A stretch of DNA of 64,000 nt from Octopus bimaculoides (Eukaryota), in the NCBI RefSeq assembly GCF_001194135.2, contig NC_068985.1, positions 12,297,844 through 12,361,843 on the forward strand, read 5' to 3'. Positions 13,965 to 26,892 of the stretch are shown piece by piece. Both the position numbers and the translations under genes were made by a program. Below the pieces are notes generated by a model. That model was not told where the DNA came from. It searched no databases and saw only the letters and a list, made by a program, of their open reading frames with translations. The first letter of the stretch is position 1; each line of letters starts with the position of its first letter.

Positions 13965-14580
13965 GGTATTATGTATAAATTTAAGTATGTATGCGTGTGT
14001 GACCTTAAAACAGGAATTGTTCGAAACGAAACACAATGCAAATTGATATATGAGGATGAAAACATTGATAATGGAAATGTAAGAAAAGTTTTCACTTAAC
14101 CTTATATTTCGAGCTTAATAATCCAGCTCCAAAAGAAAGTCAACTCTGGTATAGCGCTGTTATTATTTGCTCGAATGTAAGTGTTGCTGTGAGAATTATG
14201 TCATTTTCATATAGATATAGTTTCTCGTTGATCGGTGGCTGATATCAAATATGATTTACGAGGTCTCCTTTAATCCTCAAAATTGTCGATATTACATTAG
14301 GGTGTATAGAACAACGGGTTTGAATATGACATTTTACTAAATGCATTTTTAATGGTATAGTTGCTTCTGTTCCTTTGTGCTCATATGGATATTTAGGCAT
14401 TTAGGTTTTATACATACCTATGTGTATATGTAATATTTTCAACTCATTGGTGAATGTAAATTAGTGTGTTGATGTGTTGAGTAACACACTGGTACAGTTT
14501 GGGTTATCAGGTATCATCCGCAGTTGGGGTATATTTCCGTTACGCACACAGATATTAAGAAACTCATCCTAAATAGAGAA
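12480..14580 (-). pseudogene. Decayed Toll-like receptor relic B
   Basis: LRRs EKLYLYENDII (14194-14226), AYAHVDYLTKLEIRNHLNTL (13253-13312), FLDLCSNIF (13158-13184); TM LIIFLRIFLILDVVMSTVKKNILWKLRNVWHL (~12894-12990); TIR box-1-like FD[+1 nt]AFIFYTSIEDDQ (12842-12884); NHIIWY*EKSGNFISPKFVLHFCYY (12661-12735). Confidence 0.6.
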
Positions 14581-14640
14581 TTATATCAAATCCATTATTT
14601 GTTTCCTTAATCAGTTTCATATATATATATATATATATAG

Positions 14641-15004
14641 TGAAGAATTCACAAAAAAAAACGCAAAAGACGAAGACAGGTAGTATAGACAACAAACAAA
14701 TGTATTAGTTTAACTCTCAGGAAAAGTCTTTAATGTTTCGAGCCTACGCTCTTCCACAGAAAGGGACACAGATAGAAATTAGAAGACAAAATAAAGAATG
14801 TGGTGTGGCGAGCGATCTATAATGGCGAATGCAGGACGAGGAGTCACACAGGAGAGCTAGGAAGAAGGGGACGTAATAAAGTTGTGATGATCCCAAAAGG
14901 AAGGTGCGGGTGCGTGTGTATAAAAGAGTATATATGTGCGTGTTGAAGAGGGCTGGTGACCTTGACGTGTGCTGTAAGAATTTCGATTAAGTCAACGCGT
15001 TGAG

Positions 15005-15005
<1 letters not shown>
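14641..15005 (-). mobile_element. Penelope-like element terminal fragment, copy 2 (longest)
   Basis: Same terminal sequence as 4570-4770 plus about 180 bp more; flanked by (TA)n on both sides; hammerhead core mutated (GGAAGAG...GAAACATT). Confidence 0.6.
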
Positions 15006-15046
<41 letters not shown>

Positions 15047-16430
15047 NNNNNNNNNNNNNNNNNNNNNNNNNNNNNNNNNNNNNNNNNNNNNNNNNNNNNN
15101 NNNNNNNNNNNNNNNNNNNNNNNNNNNNNNNNNNNNNNNNNNNNNNNNNNNNNNNNNNNNNNNNNNNNNNNNNNNNNNNNNNNNNNNNNNNNNNNNNNNN
15201 NNNNNNNNNNNNNNNNNNNNNNNNNNNNNNNNNNNNNNNNNNNNNNNNNNNNNNNNNNNNNNNNNNNNNNNNNNNNNNNNNNNNNNNNNNNNNNNNNNNN
15301 NNNNNNNNNNNNNNNNNNNNNNNNNNNNNNNNNNNNNNNNNNNNNNNNNNNNNNNNNNNNNNNNNNNNNNNNNNNNNNNNNNNNNNNNNNNNNNNNNNNN
15401 NNNNNNNNNNNNNNNNNNNNNNNNNNNNNNNNNNNNNNNNNNNNNNNNNNNNNNNNNNNNNNNNNNNNNNNNNNTATACTTGTGATATTATGTACTGACA
15501 AAGGAAATAAAAATATTTATTTAGCACTTCGAAAGTTGAAGAAGAGATGGTGAAAGAAAGAAAGAAAGAAAAAAGTAGAAAAAGAAAGGCGTGGTTTCGC
15601 TAAGTGCAAAGGTGAGTCGAATTAATGATCTTTAAGGGCCTTCAGTCAGGTAGTAAATATTAGCAAGGAATGTGTGGTTATGTATGGAATCCAGAGAAAA
15701 ACGACTGAGGATTGGAATAAAAAGATTTATGATACTTAACTCTAAATAATTTTCAATAAAATACTTCTTTAGAATGTATGAAAGTTAGAATAAATTCATC
15801 TTAACTTATATTCTTGTGAGAGAAAACGAAATTAGACTGACTTAAAGATCACTTAACGGAAAACAATTTTAACTCTTATTTTAGCTCAATTCTTCCAAGA
15901 CGTGTTTGAGTTCCACTTTTGTAATATAATTGATTAATGAGAAACGAACATATACACAATCACTTTAAAATATCTTCATGCACTGGACACATTTGACATA
16001 TGATTTACACACATAGATCAATTAATGCTACCAAATAGATTCTCACAAAATCCACATCGTCTTCCTATGCGAGTGTGTGTGTATGTGTCTGTGTGCATGT
16101 GTGTGTGGGTGTGGGGGGAAGTTTGTATGTGTGTACCTACATATAAGATATGTATCTCTGTTTGTAGTCAGTATGTTTTTTCACAACAAAAATGTACTTA
16201 AGTAGGGATATATAGAAATATAATAAGACATATTGTACTTTATTGCAGAATACATTTTAAAAAGATATTAACAATGAACGTTAAAACATTCGTTCATTCA
16301 TTGATTTGTTAACTTAATATGAAGAAGTTCAACTGGCTAAAAACAGAATCATTCACGTATATAAATTTAGCTGCATTATCAAAACCTTATCTATTCAGCA
16401 TATCTTCAGAGTTTAAATATATACGCATAA

Positions 16431-16461
<31 letters not shown>

Positions 16462-17109
16462 GGTTTGGTGGTAATATTTACTTCTGTATCCTGAATGGGA
16501 AATATATCGAAAGACAGTAATTCACTGTCTTCTAATGCACACTTTCATTACCAGTTCTTTGTCGCCAAAGTCAATATATATTCTGCACAAGCACTTTTGC
16601 ATTCTTATCTGGTATCCTATTGTCGGTTTGATGTTTAATCTTATTTGTACTTCCTTTAAATATATCCTTGAAAACAATAAAAAAAGACATATAGTTTTAA
16701 AATTGATAACATAAGCGAGAAAATAGTTGAAAATATTTATCACAAATGCAATTTTCTTTGGGCAATAAAATATGGTTCCACCTTAGAATGTGCTTACATA
16801 ATGTCTGGCGATTAATGAAACGTGTGACAAAATTCAAAAACAAGTATTATGTTTTATGTTGAAGCTTACAAGTGAGATTCTAATGTAGCACAATTGTGTA
16901 ATGTTTATAAATATATGTATATATGCAGGATAAAACAGATGAGATCTTGTGAAATAAATAAAATTTCAGTTAATTTACTACAATTTAATGAAATGAAAAT
17001 CGAAAGTGTCAAATATTGAAGTGTTTAACGTACCAATGTATTATGAAATCGTACTAAAAATTACAGTTACAATGATAGGAACACACGTACATTTACGCAG
17101 TACTTCTTC

Positions 17110-17219
17110 TATCGGTCAATTTTACCGCACCGCTAAGTTACAGGGACGTAAACACAACAGCATCGCTTGTGAAGCGATGTTGGGGGGGGCAAAACACAGA
17201 CACACAAACATATACACAC

Positions 17220-17250
<31 letters not shown>

Positions 17251-17271
17251 CACCAACACACACATATATAT
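17110..17271 (-). mobile_element. SINE family C fragment, truncated by gap
   Basis: ACCGCTAAGTTACAGGGACGTAAACACAACAGCATCGCTTGTGAAGCGATGTTGGGGGGGCAAAACACAGAC matches 7293-7380, then (CA)n and an N-run. Confidence 0.8.
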
Positions 17272-18903
17272 NNNNNNNNNNNNNNNNNNNNNNNNNNNNN
17301 NNNNNNNNNNNNNNNNNNNNNNNNNNNNNNNNNNNNNNNNNNNNNNNNNNNNNNNNNNNNNNNNNNNNNNNNNNNNNNNNNNNNNNNNNNNNNNNNNNNN
17401 NNNNNNNNNNNNNNNNNNNNNNNNNNNNNNNNNNNNNNNNNNNNNNNNNNNNNNNNNNNNNNNNNNNNNNNNNNNNNNNNNNNNNNNNNNNNNNNNNNNN
17501 NNNNNNNNNNNNNNNNNNNNNNNNNNNNNNNNNNNNNNNNNNNNNNNNNNNNNNNNNNNNNNNNNNNNNNNNNNNNNNNNNNNNNNNNNNNNNNNNNNNN
17601 NNNNNNNNNNNNNNNNNNNNNNNNNNNNNNNNNNNNNNNNNNNNNNNNNNNNNNNNNNNNNNNNNNNNNNNNNNNNNNNNNNNNNNNNNNNNNNNNNNNN
17701 NNNNNNNNNNNNNNNNNNNNNNNNNNNNNNNNNNNNNNNNNNNNNNNNNNNNNNNNNNNNNNNNNNNNNNNNNNNNNNNNNNNNNNNNNNNNNNNNNNNN
17801 NNNNNNNNNNAATAGAACGACCACCATCTACAATATAGAACAAATTACTTCATTTAAAAATGTAAATCGGAATGATTCGTAAAATATAGAAAAAACTGCA
17901 AAAAATACTTTAGTTAGGGATTTGCTGCATTATTTGGAATAAAATCCATTTATTTTATGATACAAAAAATAATCATTATGTTCACTCAAGCTGCGTACAA
18001 TTCCAGTGAATACAACACCGATGCGGAGCCTATATTCATACAGATCAAAGAACAATTTATAATATATCCCCGCGTATTATATACCAGAATGATAGAGACT
18101 GTAGCCACCACTTACTATACCTTTGATTAATGAATACAAACCTGCAATATCCACGAGAATTAACAACTGTGATTTTTTTCTTTTTTTTTTGGTAACACTA
18201 AAAAAATGAGAATACTGGTTTCTGTGACAATATCAAAAGAAATATAAGAAAATACGTAAATACGTATTGGGAGTTATTGTTTGGTGACTGCAGTATCATG
18301 TTTTCAAAAATACCGAAAAACATCATTAAAACTCAAACTACACCAACAGACATGAATCGGATTTCTAAATATAAATTTACTGCAAATTTATTTATTTTCA
18401 TTTCACAAGTTTGTGGACAATTTAGACATTAGAGTTTATATAGCTTTTTAGACTAACAAAATAGAGCTAGAAGTTTTTCAGTGCAATTCACCGGTTTCAA
18501 ATATATACATATACTTACACACACATACATACACACACGTACACACACATGGGCATATATATGTGCCCATGCTTGTACACATAGAAATATATGTATCTAA
18601 CAAAATATATACAAGCATTGACGCCCTTAGAAACGAATGCATACACAAACACACACACATGTTCACGTACATTCATATACTCATACCAACCATTTTCCAC
18701 TCATGTACACACACTCATAGTTGGATAACTTCATATATTTGTGGATAACATAAATATTTAATGCTGCATCCAATATATTTCTAAATTATTCAGTCATTAA
18801 ATTCTGTTATTTTATGATGTGATATATGTATATACATATATTTGTCAGTGAGAGTATGTATGCTTCTGTATATGTATGTGTGTGTGTATGTGTGTGTGTA
18901 TGT

Positions 18904-18938
<35 letters not shown>

Positions 18939-19821
18939 CGCGTGTGTAGTATTAGTGTGTGTATGTTGTACTCAAATTCACGTACGAATACACATATGTA
19001 TTGAATATTACAAATGTCTGTGTATACGTTCAAATAATTTCACATTATAACACTTGACTATTTCGAGCATTACACTCTAACGGCACATTCAGCTACATAA
19101 GAAAAATCCATTGCTTTTAAAACGATACTCTATCCGATCGCTGTGTATACCACGAAGTGTAATCGAGTCACTCGCAAACTGCTTTGCTATATATTTGTAT
19201 GTAACTTCATACATTTTTGAAAATATGTAGCAGGTTGCTACATATCTGTATTTGAATTAAACATGAATTTTATAAGATATACAACAGAAATACATGTATT
19301 AAATGGAGACACGTTTATAATAGATATATTCGATGAAGCCTTTGTGCTGCAATGCTGTAATTGTGGTTACTTTGAACATCTCTTATAACACTTGAAATAC
19401 GAATTCCGTTTAAGGTATTATACTATTACATTCCCAAGAGGAATATCTAGAAGGCTGAAGACAATAAAACACAGAATTTTATAGAAAATTAAATTTTTTT
19501 ATTCGTCCAGACATCATTTCTTTTTATCATTATTTTCTATAAGATTTCAATAGAAAATTAAACTGAAGTTGCTAATGTGAGTTACGAAATTTTACTACTA
19601 TTTGAAAAGTTTAACTTCGAAATTTATTCGCTTTCATCGCTGTATGGTTAAAGATACGAGAAGATTTATAGTTTTGTTTGCGTCATTACTTGATTTAGTA
19701 GGGTACTTAATGGAAAAATACATATAAATATTGATTAAATTGACTACAGGATTATGTGCAAGAGAAAGACAGTAGCTAAATTCTTTTATTCTTTGAAAAG
19801 TTCATATCAAATGATATAACG

Positions 19822-19860
<39 letters not shown>

Positions 19861-20039
19861 AACGAAGACATAAAAACCAGCAACCACCCATACACAACAC
19901 CGCCAGAACACATCAAAATACTACACATAACACCAACCCTGCACCACACACTAAAATCTATTTTTCCAAAGGCAGTTGGCAAATGCCAAAAATACCTGGC
20001 GAAAAAACTATATAGTGATCTCCTCGAAGNNNNNNNNNN

Positions 20040-20103
<64 letters not shown>

Positions 20104-20239
20104 ATACGTTTGTCTTTCTTTCTATCTATCTATCTAATTAAATAAAGTACTAACTGACTATCAATTTTAAATATATATCTAACTCTTTGCCTGTCTGTCA
20201 ATCTGTTTACCACCCTAGCAGTCTGCCTTTCAGTCTGTT

Positions 20240-20775
20240 TATCTATCTAGTTTTCTGCGTAACGACCTATCCCTTCTCAATTATCTTATTATTTCAAGTT
20301 TGTCTAAAATTAGCGTCCTCAGGTACCTCCTCTTTAAGGTCCTACCTTAAGCAATTGTCGTTTGACCTTCTAGTTGGATTCCCAAGTGTGACCAGCACAG
20401 ACCTTGAATATCATTCGACCATCTCACTCCTGGTCAATCCTGATGCATTTTGGTGGTTAGCTAAGCTAAAAGAGTCTATATTGTGATGCTTTTTCGAGAT
20501 ATTCTAATCCCATGCACGCATTACCGGAACTGTGATCTATCAATAGGAAGTATAGGTTTAAACTGTAGAAATTTCCATCTCACACTGCCGAATAACATAA
20601 TTGTAGAAATCCTTTGGAAGAACCTCATTTTACCCGTGTTTGTTTGCGATCGTACTATTTCGGTCATTAACCAACATTCATATCCATGGGTGAGGAGGGA
20701 CACAGACACCATAATGAACATCTCCAGAGTGGAATTTTTACCGATTCTCCTCTTCTGGAATAGTTGTTAATCCCT
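20240..20775 (-). mobile_element. RTE-clade LINE 3' fragment
   Basis: LLTHGYECWLMTEIVRSQTNTGKMRFFQRIS...RPGVRWSNDIQGLCWSHLGI resembles the RTE ORF C-terminus (LTYGHECWVMTE..EMRFL..RP..RW). 3' end abuts (CTAT)n. Confidence 0.8.
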
Positions 20776-22604
20776 TTTTTATTCAGTAGAATTTATTTGA
20801 AGTATTTTCTAATCTTGAAGACGAAATAAATTCTTTATCCAAGCGAAGGCATATTTTCCCCAAGGGAGATAATTTAATCATGACGTGAGGCAATCATTCT
20901 AAGTGACTTTGCCGAGTGTGTTTGCATACAGTCCATGCGTATGTAATTATGGTAATATATTATTTTTGTGATACACCTTTCAATCAGTCTGAACGCTTCT
21001 AAAATATAGATAGTGAAATATTAACAAAAGAGCAGGTTCCGAAGAGTTTTCTTCAAGCGAGGTTAGGGCATTTAGGCGAATGTACCTAAGTTGTTCGTGA
21101 ACAACGTTTATATGGGTTATGGGAGAAAGAAAGCTCATGCCAAATGTGCAGAAGAGGATGGACTGAATTGGCATATATACCTACAAAAGACGCCATCATC
21201 ATTAGTTGTANNNNNNNNNNNNNNNNNNNNNNNNNNNNNNNNNNNNNNNNNNNNNNNNNNNNNNNNNNNNNNNNNNNNNNNNNNNNNNNNNNNNNNNNNN
21301 NNNNNNNNNNNNNNNNNNNNNNNNNNNNNNNNNNNNNNNNNNNNNNNNNNNNNNNNNNNNNNNNNNNNNNNNNNNNNNNNNNNNNNNNNNNNNNNNNNNN
21401 NNNNNNNNNNNNNNNNNNNNNNNNNNNNNNNNNNNNNNNNNNNNNNNNNNNNNNNNNNNNNNNNNNNNNNNNNNNNNNNNNNNNNNNNNNNNNNNNNNNN
21501 NNNNNNNNNNNNNNNNNNNNNNNNNNNNNNNNNNNNNNNNNNNNNNNNNNNNNNNNNNNNNNNNNNNNNNNNNNNNNNNNNNNNNATAATACAGAACATA
21601 CATGAATGAATGTAACTATGAAATGTGAACAAGTCATATGTTAGAAAGGTCGTCGATAAGATGTTCTTGGTAAATTATGGACTAACGGTTGGTCTCTGAA
21701 AGGAGCATGTTAAGTCTCACAAACAGCTTTATACATGGAAGCCATCAACGAGATTACACCATAGCACATTATAAACCAGCAAATAGAATATAAAATCCGA
21801 TAGCACACACTCAATACATGGGGTATGTAAGAAACGATACCATAACTAACAGTTTAATTTCAGCGACATCGAAAGCAGAACACAGGTATACTTGCCAATA
21901 TACTTGTGGTTTTTAAAATTGGCCGCCTCAAATTCTAACATAAATTACACAATATTCGGAGATTTTAAAGATGCCTGCATGAGAGCGTACACGTTTGAAT
22001 GCAGTGTGTATGAACGGATGAATGGATATTTATATATGCATAAAAAGTAAGTTCAAGTGGTGCATATGTTTAAAGTAATGTTTTCAAAACTGAGAGAGCG
22101 TATGTATACATATATGTTTCTAAAATATTTTAATTTACTACTGTTAATTAAGTTATGCATCTATGTCTCCAATATTTTATTTCGTGAATTTATTTATAGA
22201 TATATTATATGAGTTTGCATACACTGCAATATTCGTATTCGATTATAAATACGAATTTCTATAATGTTTCAATTCAAACTTCTTGGAGTTATTTGTTTAA
22301 TCTTTCTACCTCAATACATTTCACGTCAAATTTCGAGGAGGAATCAATTGATCTGTCTCCAATCGAATTCATTGAGAACATTCCAAGCTCGCAGTAAGGT
22401 TTCTTTAAATAATTTTGCTGTGTTTACAGATTCTAAATATTTAGTTTTCTGCAGCTCTTTGAGTTATTTGTTATAGTGAAACAGGAACAACTATAAACTA
22501 TATCTACATATATATATACATATATATATATATATGTGTGTGTGTATATATGTGTGTGTATATATGTGTGTATATATATATGTATGTATATGTGTACATA
22601 TGTT

Positions 22605-22655
<51 letters not shown>

Positions 22656-22774
22656 NNNNNNNNNNNNNNNNNNNNNNNNNNNNNNNNNNNNNNNNNNNNN
22701 NNNNTATACATGTTATGTATATATATATATGTGTGTGTGTGTGCGCGTGTGTGTGTGTGTCAGTGTGTATAGTT

Positions 22775-22970
22775 GGAATTTACAAATAAAAACAAAAGAA
22801 AAAGACGGGTGTGTAAACAACAAACAGATGTATTAGTTTAACGCTCGGTTAGTGAGAAAGTCTTTTACGTTTCGAGTCTACGCTCTTCAACATAAAGGAA
22901 TACCAGAGAATAAGTAGAGAGAGAAAAAAAAAGAAGTTTTAGTTTATAGCGATCAATCATGGCGAATATA
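22775..22970 (-). mobile_element. Penelope-like element terminal fragment, copy 3
   Basis: Same terminal consensus; minus strand TTGAAGAGCGTAGACTCGAAACGTAAAAGAC at ~22858-22897. Confidence 0.6.
22858..22897 (-). ncRNA. Minimal hammerhead-ribozyme-like motif
   Basis: UUGAAGAG-CGUAGACU-C-GAAACGUA-AAAG; GUA triplet follows palindromic ACGU; stem I imperfect. Confidence 0.35.
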
Positions 22971-23097
22971 TATATTATTTAATGAACGCAATATGTGTTT
23001 TTTATGAGCAACTATTAGATACTTGTTATGAAATTATGTCATGCAGTATTTTTCACACCTGCGGTTGTTTGTGGATGTTACCATCACGGAACAGCAC

Positions 23098-23197
23098 TCT
23101 ATCTATCTATCTATCTATCTANNNNNNNNNNCTATCTACCTATCTATCTATCCATCTATTTTTCTATCTATCTATCTATCTATCTATCCATCTATTT

Positions 23198-23233
<36 letters not shown>
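23098..23233. repeat. (CTAT)n microsatellite with small gap
   Basis: Direct reading. Confidence 0.95.
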
Positions 23234-23770
23234 GGTTGGGGCTTGTTCTACAGTTTGGGCGCCCGCATTTTGTAACCGTTGGTATCGTGGTTGCTGTGTA
23301 AAGCTTAACATTTGTTGCCCCGTCTTACGTGAAGACTCAGATTTCCTTCTCAAACAAGGAGAGTGGTTTATAATTAAAAGCAGTTACAATTAAAACCAGT
23401 TTCTGCATCTCAGAACCTAATTTATGTAATGACCTGTTGGGGTTGTGTATAACACTATATTGGACAAACGAGTACGAATTTCTGTCGGAGAACAACTGTA
23501 CATAAGGAGCATATCCTGTTCCTGACATATAGAAAATTCCTCTAAGTAAACACATAGAGAAATTTTCAGGTAACATCAAACCAAATTCCGCAGTCTTCTT
23601 CTTCTATCAGTGCAGAGATACAATTCCTCCAAAGGAACGTCTAAAGAAAGAAACTTTTTTCATCAAAATGTAAATATGCGCGCATAACCAACTTTGATCT
23701 CTTTACATATTTTAATTCACGATTGCATCAATGTACATACATCACCCCACTTAAATTGTTTTCGAATTTT

Positions 23771-23813
<43 letters not shown>

Positions 23814-24494
23814 CCCACCCCTAACGAATGCTGAACAGTTATCTCCCCTGCCCACAATAATAATGATAACCAATTATCGCCTCTTAGTTTTTCTACTGGT
23901 TGTATCATACACTCAAAAATATCACACACAACAACCAGAAAATTTCTTCTTATGAAAATATGCATTTAAATAATTAATTCTTAATGCCATGAATAGCGAA
24001 ATCGAAACCGGTCGATATATTAAATATAGTATCAAAACTATTTAAAGCGTGTGGATTTTTCTTCTTTAATTCCTTATATATTTTACAACTACTTTTCTGT
24101 TACAATATATATATATATATATATATATACGTGTGTGTGTGTGTGTGTGTAGATTTTCTCACGTTCACTTGTTATACTCGATATATTTACTTTGCTAATT
24201 ATTTTTTTTATTACCTCTACGAACTCAATATTTCGATATGATACACTCTGATTTCAAAGGTTATGGGTGTCTCATATATTACATTTCAACGCAATTACTA
24301 AATTGATGATCCATATTCAGATTCCCAGAAATATATGGCTTCTCTACAATATTAGTGATGACTTCTTTATTTTCTTTTTTATTCTTTTACATATTCCCTG
24401 CCTATTCAATAAAAGTAGAAGATATCTTCATACGATATCATTTTCCCGCTCTCATTTGGAGAATAGTGATGTTTAATATTTAACTTTTTGTTTG

Positions 24495-24743
24495 TTTCAG
24501 TCATTTGACTACGGCCATGTTGAGGCACCGCCCTGACGGGATTTATTCGAACAAATCAACGCCAGGTCTTTTTTTTTTATTTGCTGTAAGCCTTGTACTT
24601 ATTCTATCGATCTTATTATGCCTAACTGCTCCTTTACGCAGATCAAAACATACTAACACCAGTTATCAAGCAGTGGTGAAGGACAAACACACATACACAC
24701 ACACTCATAAACATATACATACACACACACACACACACACACA

Positions 24744-24786
<43 letters not shown>

Positions 24787-24952
24787 GGTGGGTTTCTTTC
24801 TGTTTCCATCTACCAAATAAATCGGCTCACAAGGCTTTGGTCAGCTAGCGTAGCCGGAGGTTAGCGTAGTCTATACTTGCCCAGGGTGCCACAGAGAGGA
24901 ACAGAACGGGGAACCATATGGTTAGGAAACACGATTCTTACCACACAAGCAT
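24495..24952 (-). mobile_element. SINE family C, near full length, internal (CA)n(TA)n
   Basis: GTTTCAGTCATTTGACTACGGCCATG tail to ...GAACCATATGGTTAGGAAACACGATTCTTACCACAC head; matches the 7293 and 57292 copies. Confidence 0.85.
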
Positions 24953-26892
24953 ACCGGCAGTTTAATGAGGTTTTTAAGTAATTCATAGATTAACAACAAT
25001 CGTGTTTGATCTTTAGAGAAAACAAAGAATATATATATTTTGGATGGATGCTCTTTATATTTCTACAAATTTTGTTGCATGTGTTCATATTCACGTTTAA
25101 ACTTTCTCATTCAGTTACAATGTTGATTAAATTCCATCATTTTCGTGTTCATTCTACAAAAAAAAAAAAAACGATTTAGTGTTACATATTGTGCAAAATT
25201 AATTATAAGATATTCTATCCTACACAGTAGCCTGAATATGAGAGTTATGTAATTTGAGTGATTTTCATGTGCAAATTGTTTATGGGATTTCATTCCTGTA
25301 ATTGTCGAGAGGCGCCTGAACCTCTGTGATAAATGCTACAATTACATGAATTACATTACTATCTTATATGTGGTTTTCAACCTCTCATTTACCTGAATTA
25401 ATAATTTGTTGGTTTAAATTTTGCCAGCTTTACTAGTAACCAAATGAATTTATTATTGAAAACGATCGCTCTATGTCACATCGTATAACTAAGAATAAGA
25501 ATACAGTATTACCATATTAAACGCGATCTTTCTTTTAAGGATGAAGATGTATATCGTTATGTTTTACTCATTTATCTCCGGCTTCTTTCCGATGTGTGTT
25601 GATTTAGTCAAAATATATAATGCCGAAATTCGTCACGTAATGCAGTTAACTGTCTTGTATGCCTTCTGGCTAAATCGTCGTATCAATATTTTTCACAACT
25701 TTTGTTTGCCTTTTTCTATTGACCGATCAATAAATAAAGTTTTCGAATAAGAGTTTTCTTCTCTAGATATTTTTTATTGACTCTTGACCATAAAAGTAAC
25801 GATGTCATGTGTACTTATTTTGAATCGATATTTATAAAACAAATTCCAACCATAGTAAATCTTTCTCAGATGTCCGGCAATATTTTTGTAATAGAAATAA
25901 TAAGTATAAAGAGGAGCGCAAATAATAAATTATATTTATTATAACGATAAATAATATTACGTAACAAGTATAAAACAAATGAAAGTTTAACGAAATAGTC
26001 GCAGCCTCTTCAAGAAGAAAAATAGTGTAAAAATTAAGTCGTGCTCCAGATTGTTTCAATTTTAATGTAGATTTTGATCCTGAAAAGTTAGGTTACTACA
26101 TAGATTTAGTTTCTTTTGGCTGATCGAAATAGATTTGGCAAAACAGCGAAAGAGTTTACTCGTATTCAATTGTTTTTCACACGCAAGCAATAGTTTTATT
26201 CAGCTTTTACAGTCGTATGCTAAAACTTTTAACAAGATAAATATTAAACAAGGATATATTTATTATAAACTTATTGTGAAACTTATTAGTTTTTCATACT
26301 GGCATATTTTACTGAATGCAATAAATACATTCGCGGTTTATTTATATTTTGATAAAATATGTTTGTTTTGGCGTTTACCAGTATAATATTGATTAATAGC
26401 AGTAATTGTTTTCACTGTTCAGGGAGAGACATATGACATTACCCTGAATAAGTGTTTTGAATATATGAATGGAATCCTATTTGTATAGTTATAATGTAAA
26501 TGAAAATCCATAATATTCAAATACTTCAACTGGGGAAAAGCAAAGTTTCGGGTTACGTGCTGACCGAAAAACATAAATCTTCACACACTCCCACATCATT
26601 TATACTCAAGTTTACAATAGCGTTCATTATGGAAATACAGTTTATAATATGACTGTTAAGGGTGGGAAATAATACAATTCATTTCGTCGTAGTTAGTTAT
26701 TTGTTATTCTCTTATACGATCTCTTCTCGAGATCATATAGATGTTCCGTACATCAATACAGACATCCCATCCTAGACTGTTATACATTGTTTTTGTTTCT
26801 TTTCTGTCAATGATTTCTGTATTCTGTTTGCGAGATTCTTGATGTGAATTTGTTTATTGAAAGAAATCTTGTTGTGTTTTGGGAAGGTCATT

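Larger units (their letters stand above)
17815..23690 (-). pseudogene. Decayed Toll-like receptor relic C, fragmented by insertions
   Basis: PLEELYL (23615-23635), QLRYIRLNALTSLEENS (21043-21093), LFKE*KNLATV/LAHNP (~19748-19800), LRRCT RNPIHVCWCSLSF (18328-18366), TM end VATVSIILVYNTRGYII (18058-18108), TIR IVRSLSEHNDYFLYHK (17954-18001), MDFIPNNA (17926-17949), SKSLTKVFFAVFSIFYES. About 3 kb remains after removing the RTE, PLE terminus, microsatellites and gaps. Confidence 0.6.

Noticed and set aside
17815-18480. Plus-strand LRR-like readings (FGNTKKMRIL, TNKIEL)
   Set aside because: The opposite strand gives more specific LRRCT and TIR motifs; this illustrates false LRR matches in AT-rich DNA.
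19290-19720. Plus-strand LRR/TIR-like readings (VTLNISYN, KDTRRFIVLFA)
   Set aside because: The minus-strand reading fits collinearly with the strong LRRCT-TM-TIR at 17815-18366, so the plus matches are treated as chance.
25541-26386. Signal-like and LRR-like ORFs upstream of relic D
   Set aside because: Only loose matches in very AT-rich DNA; could be another relic but not supportable.
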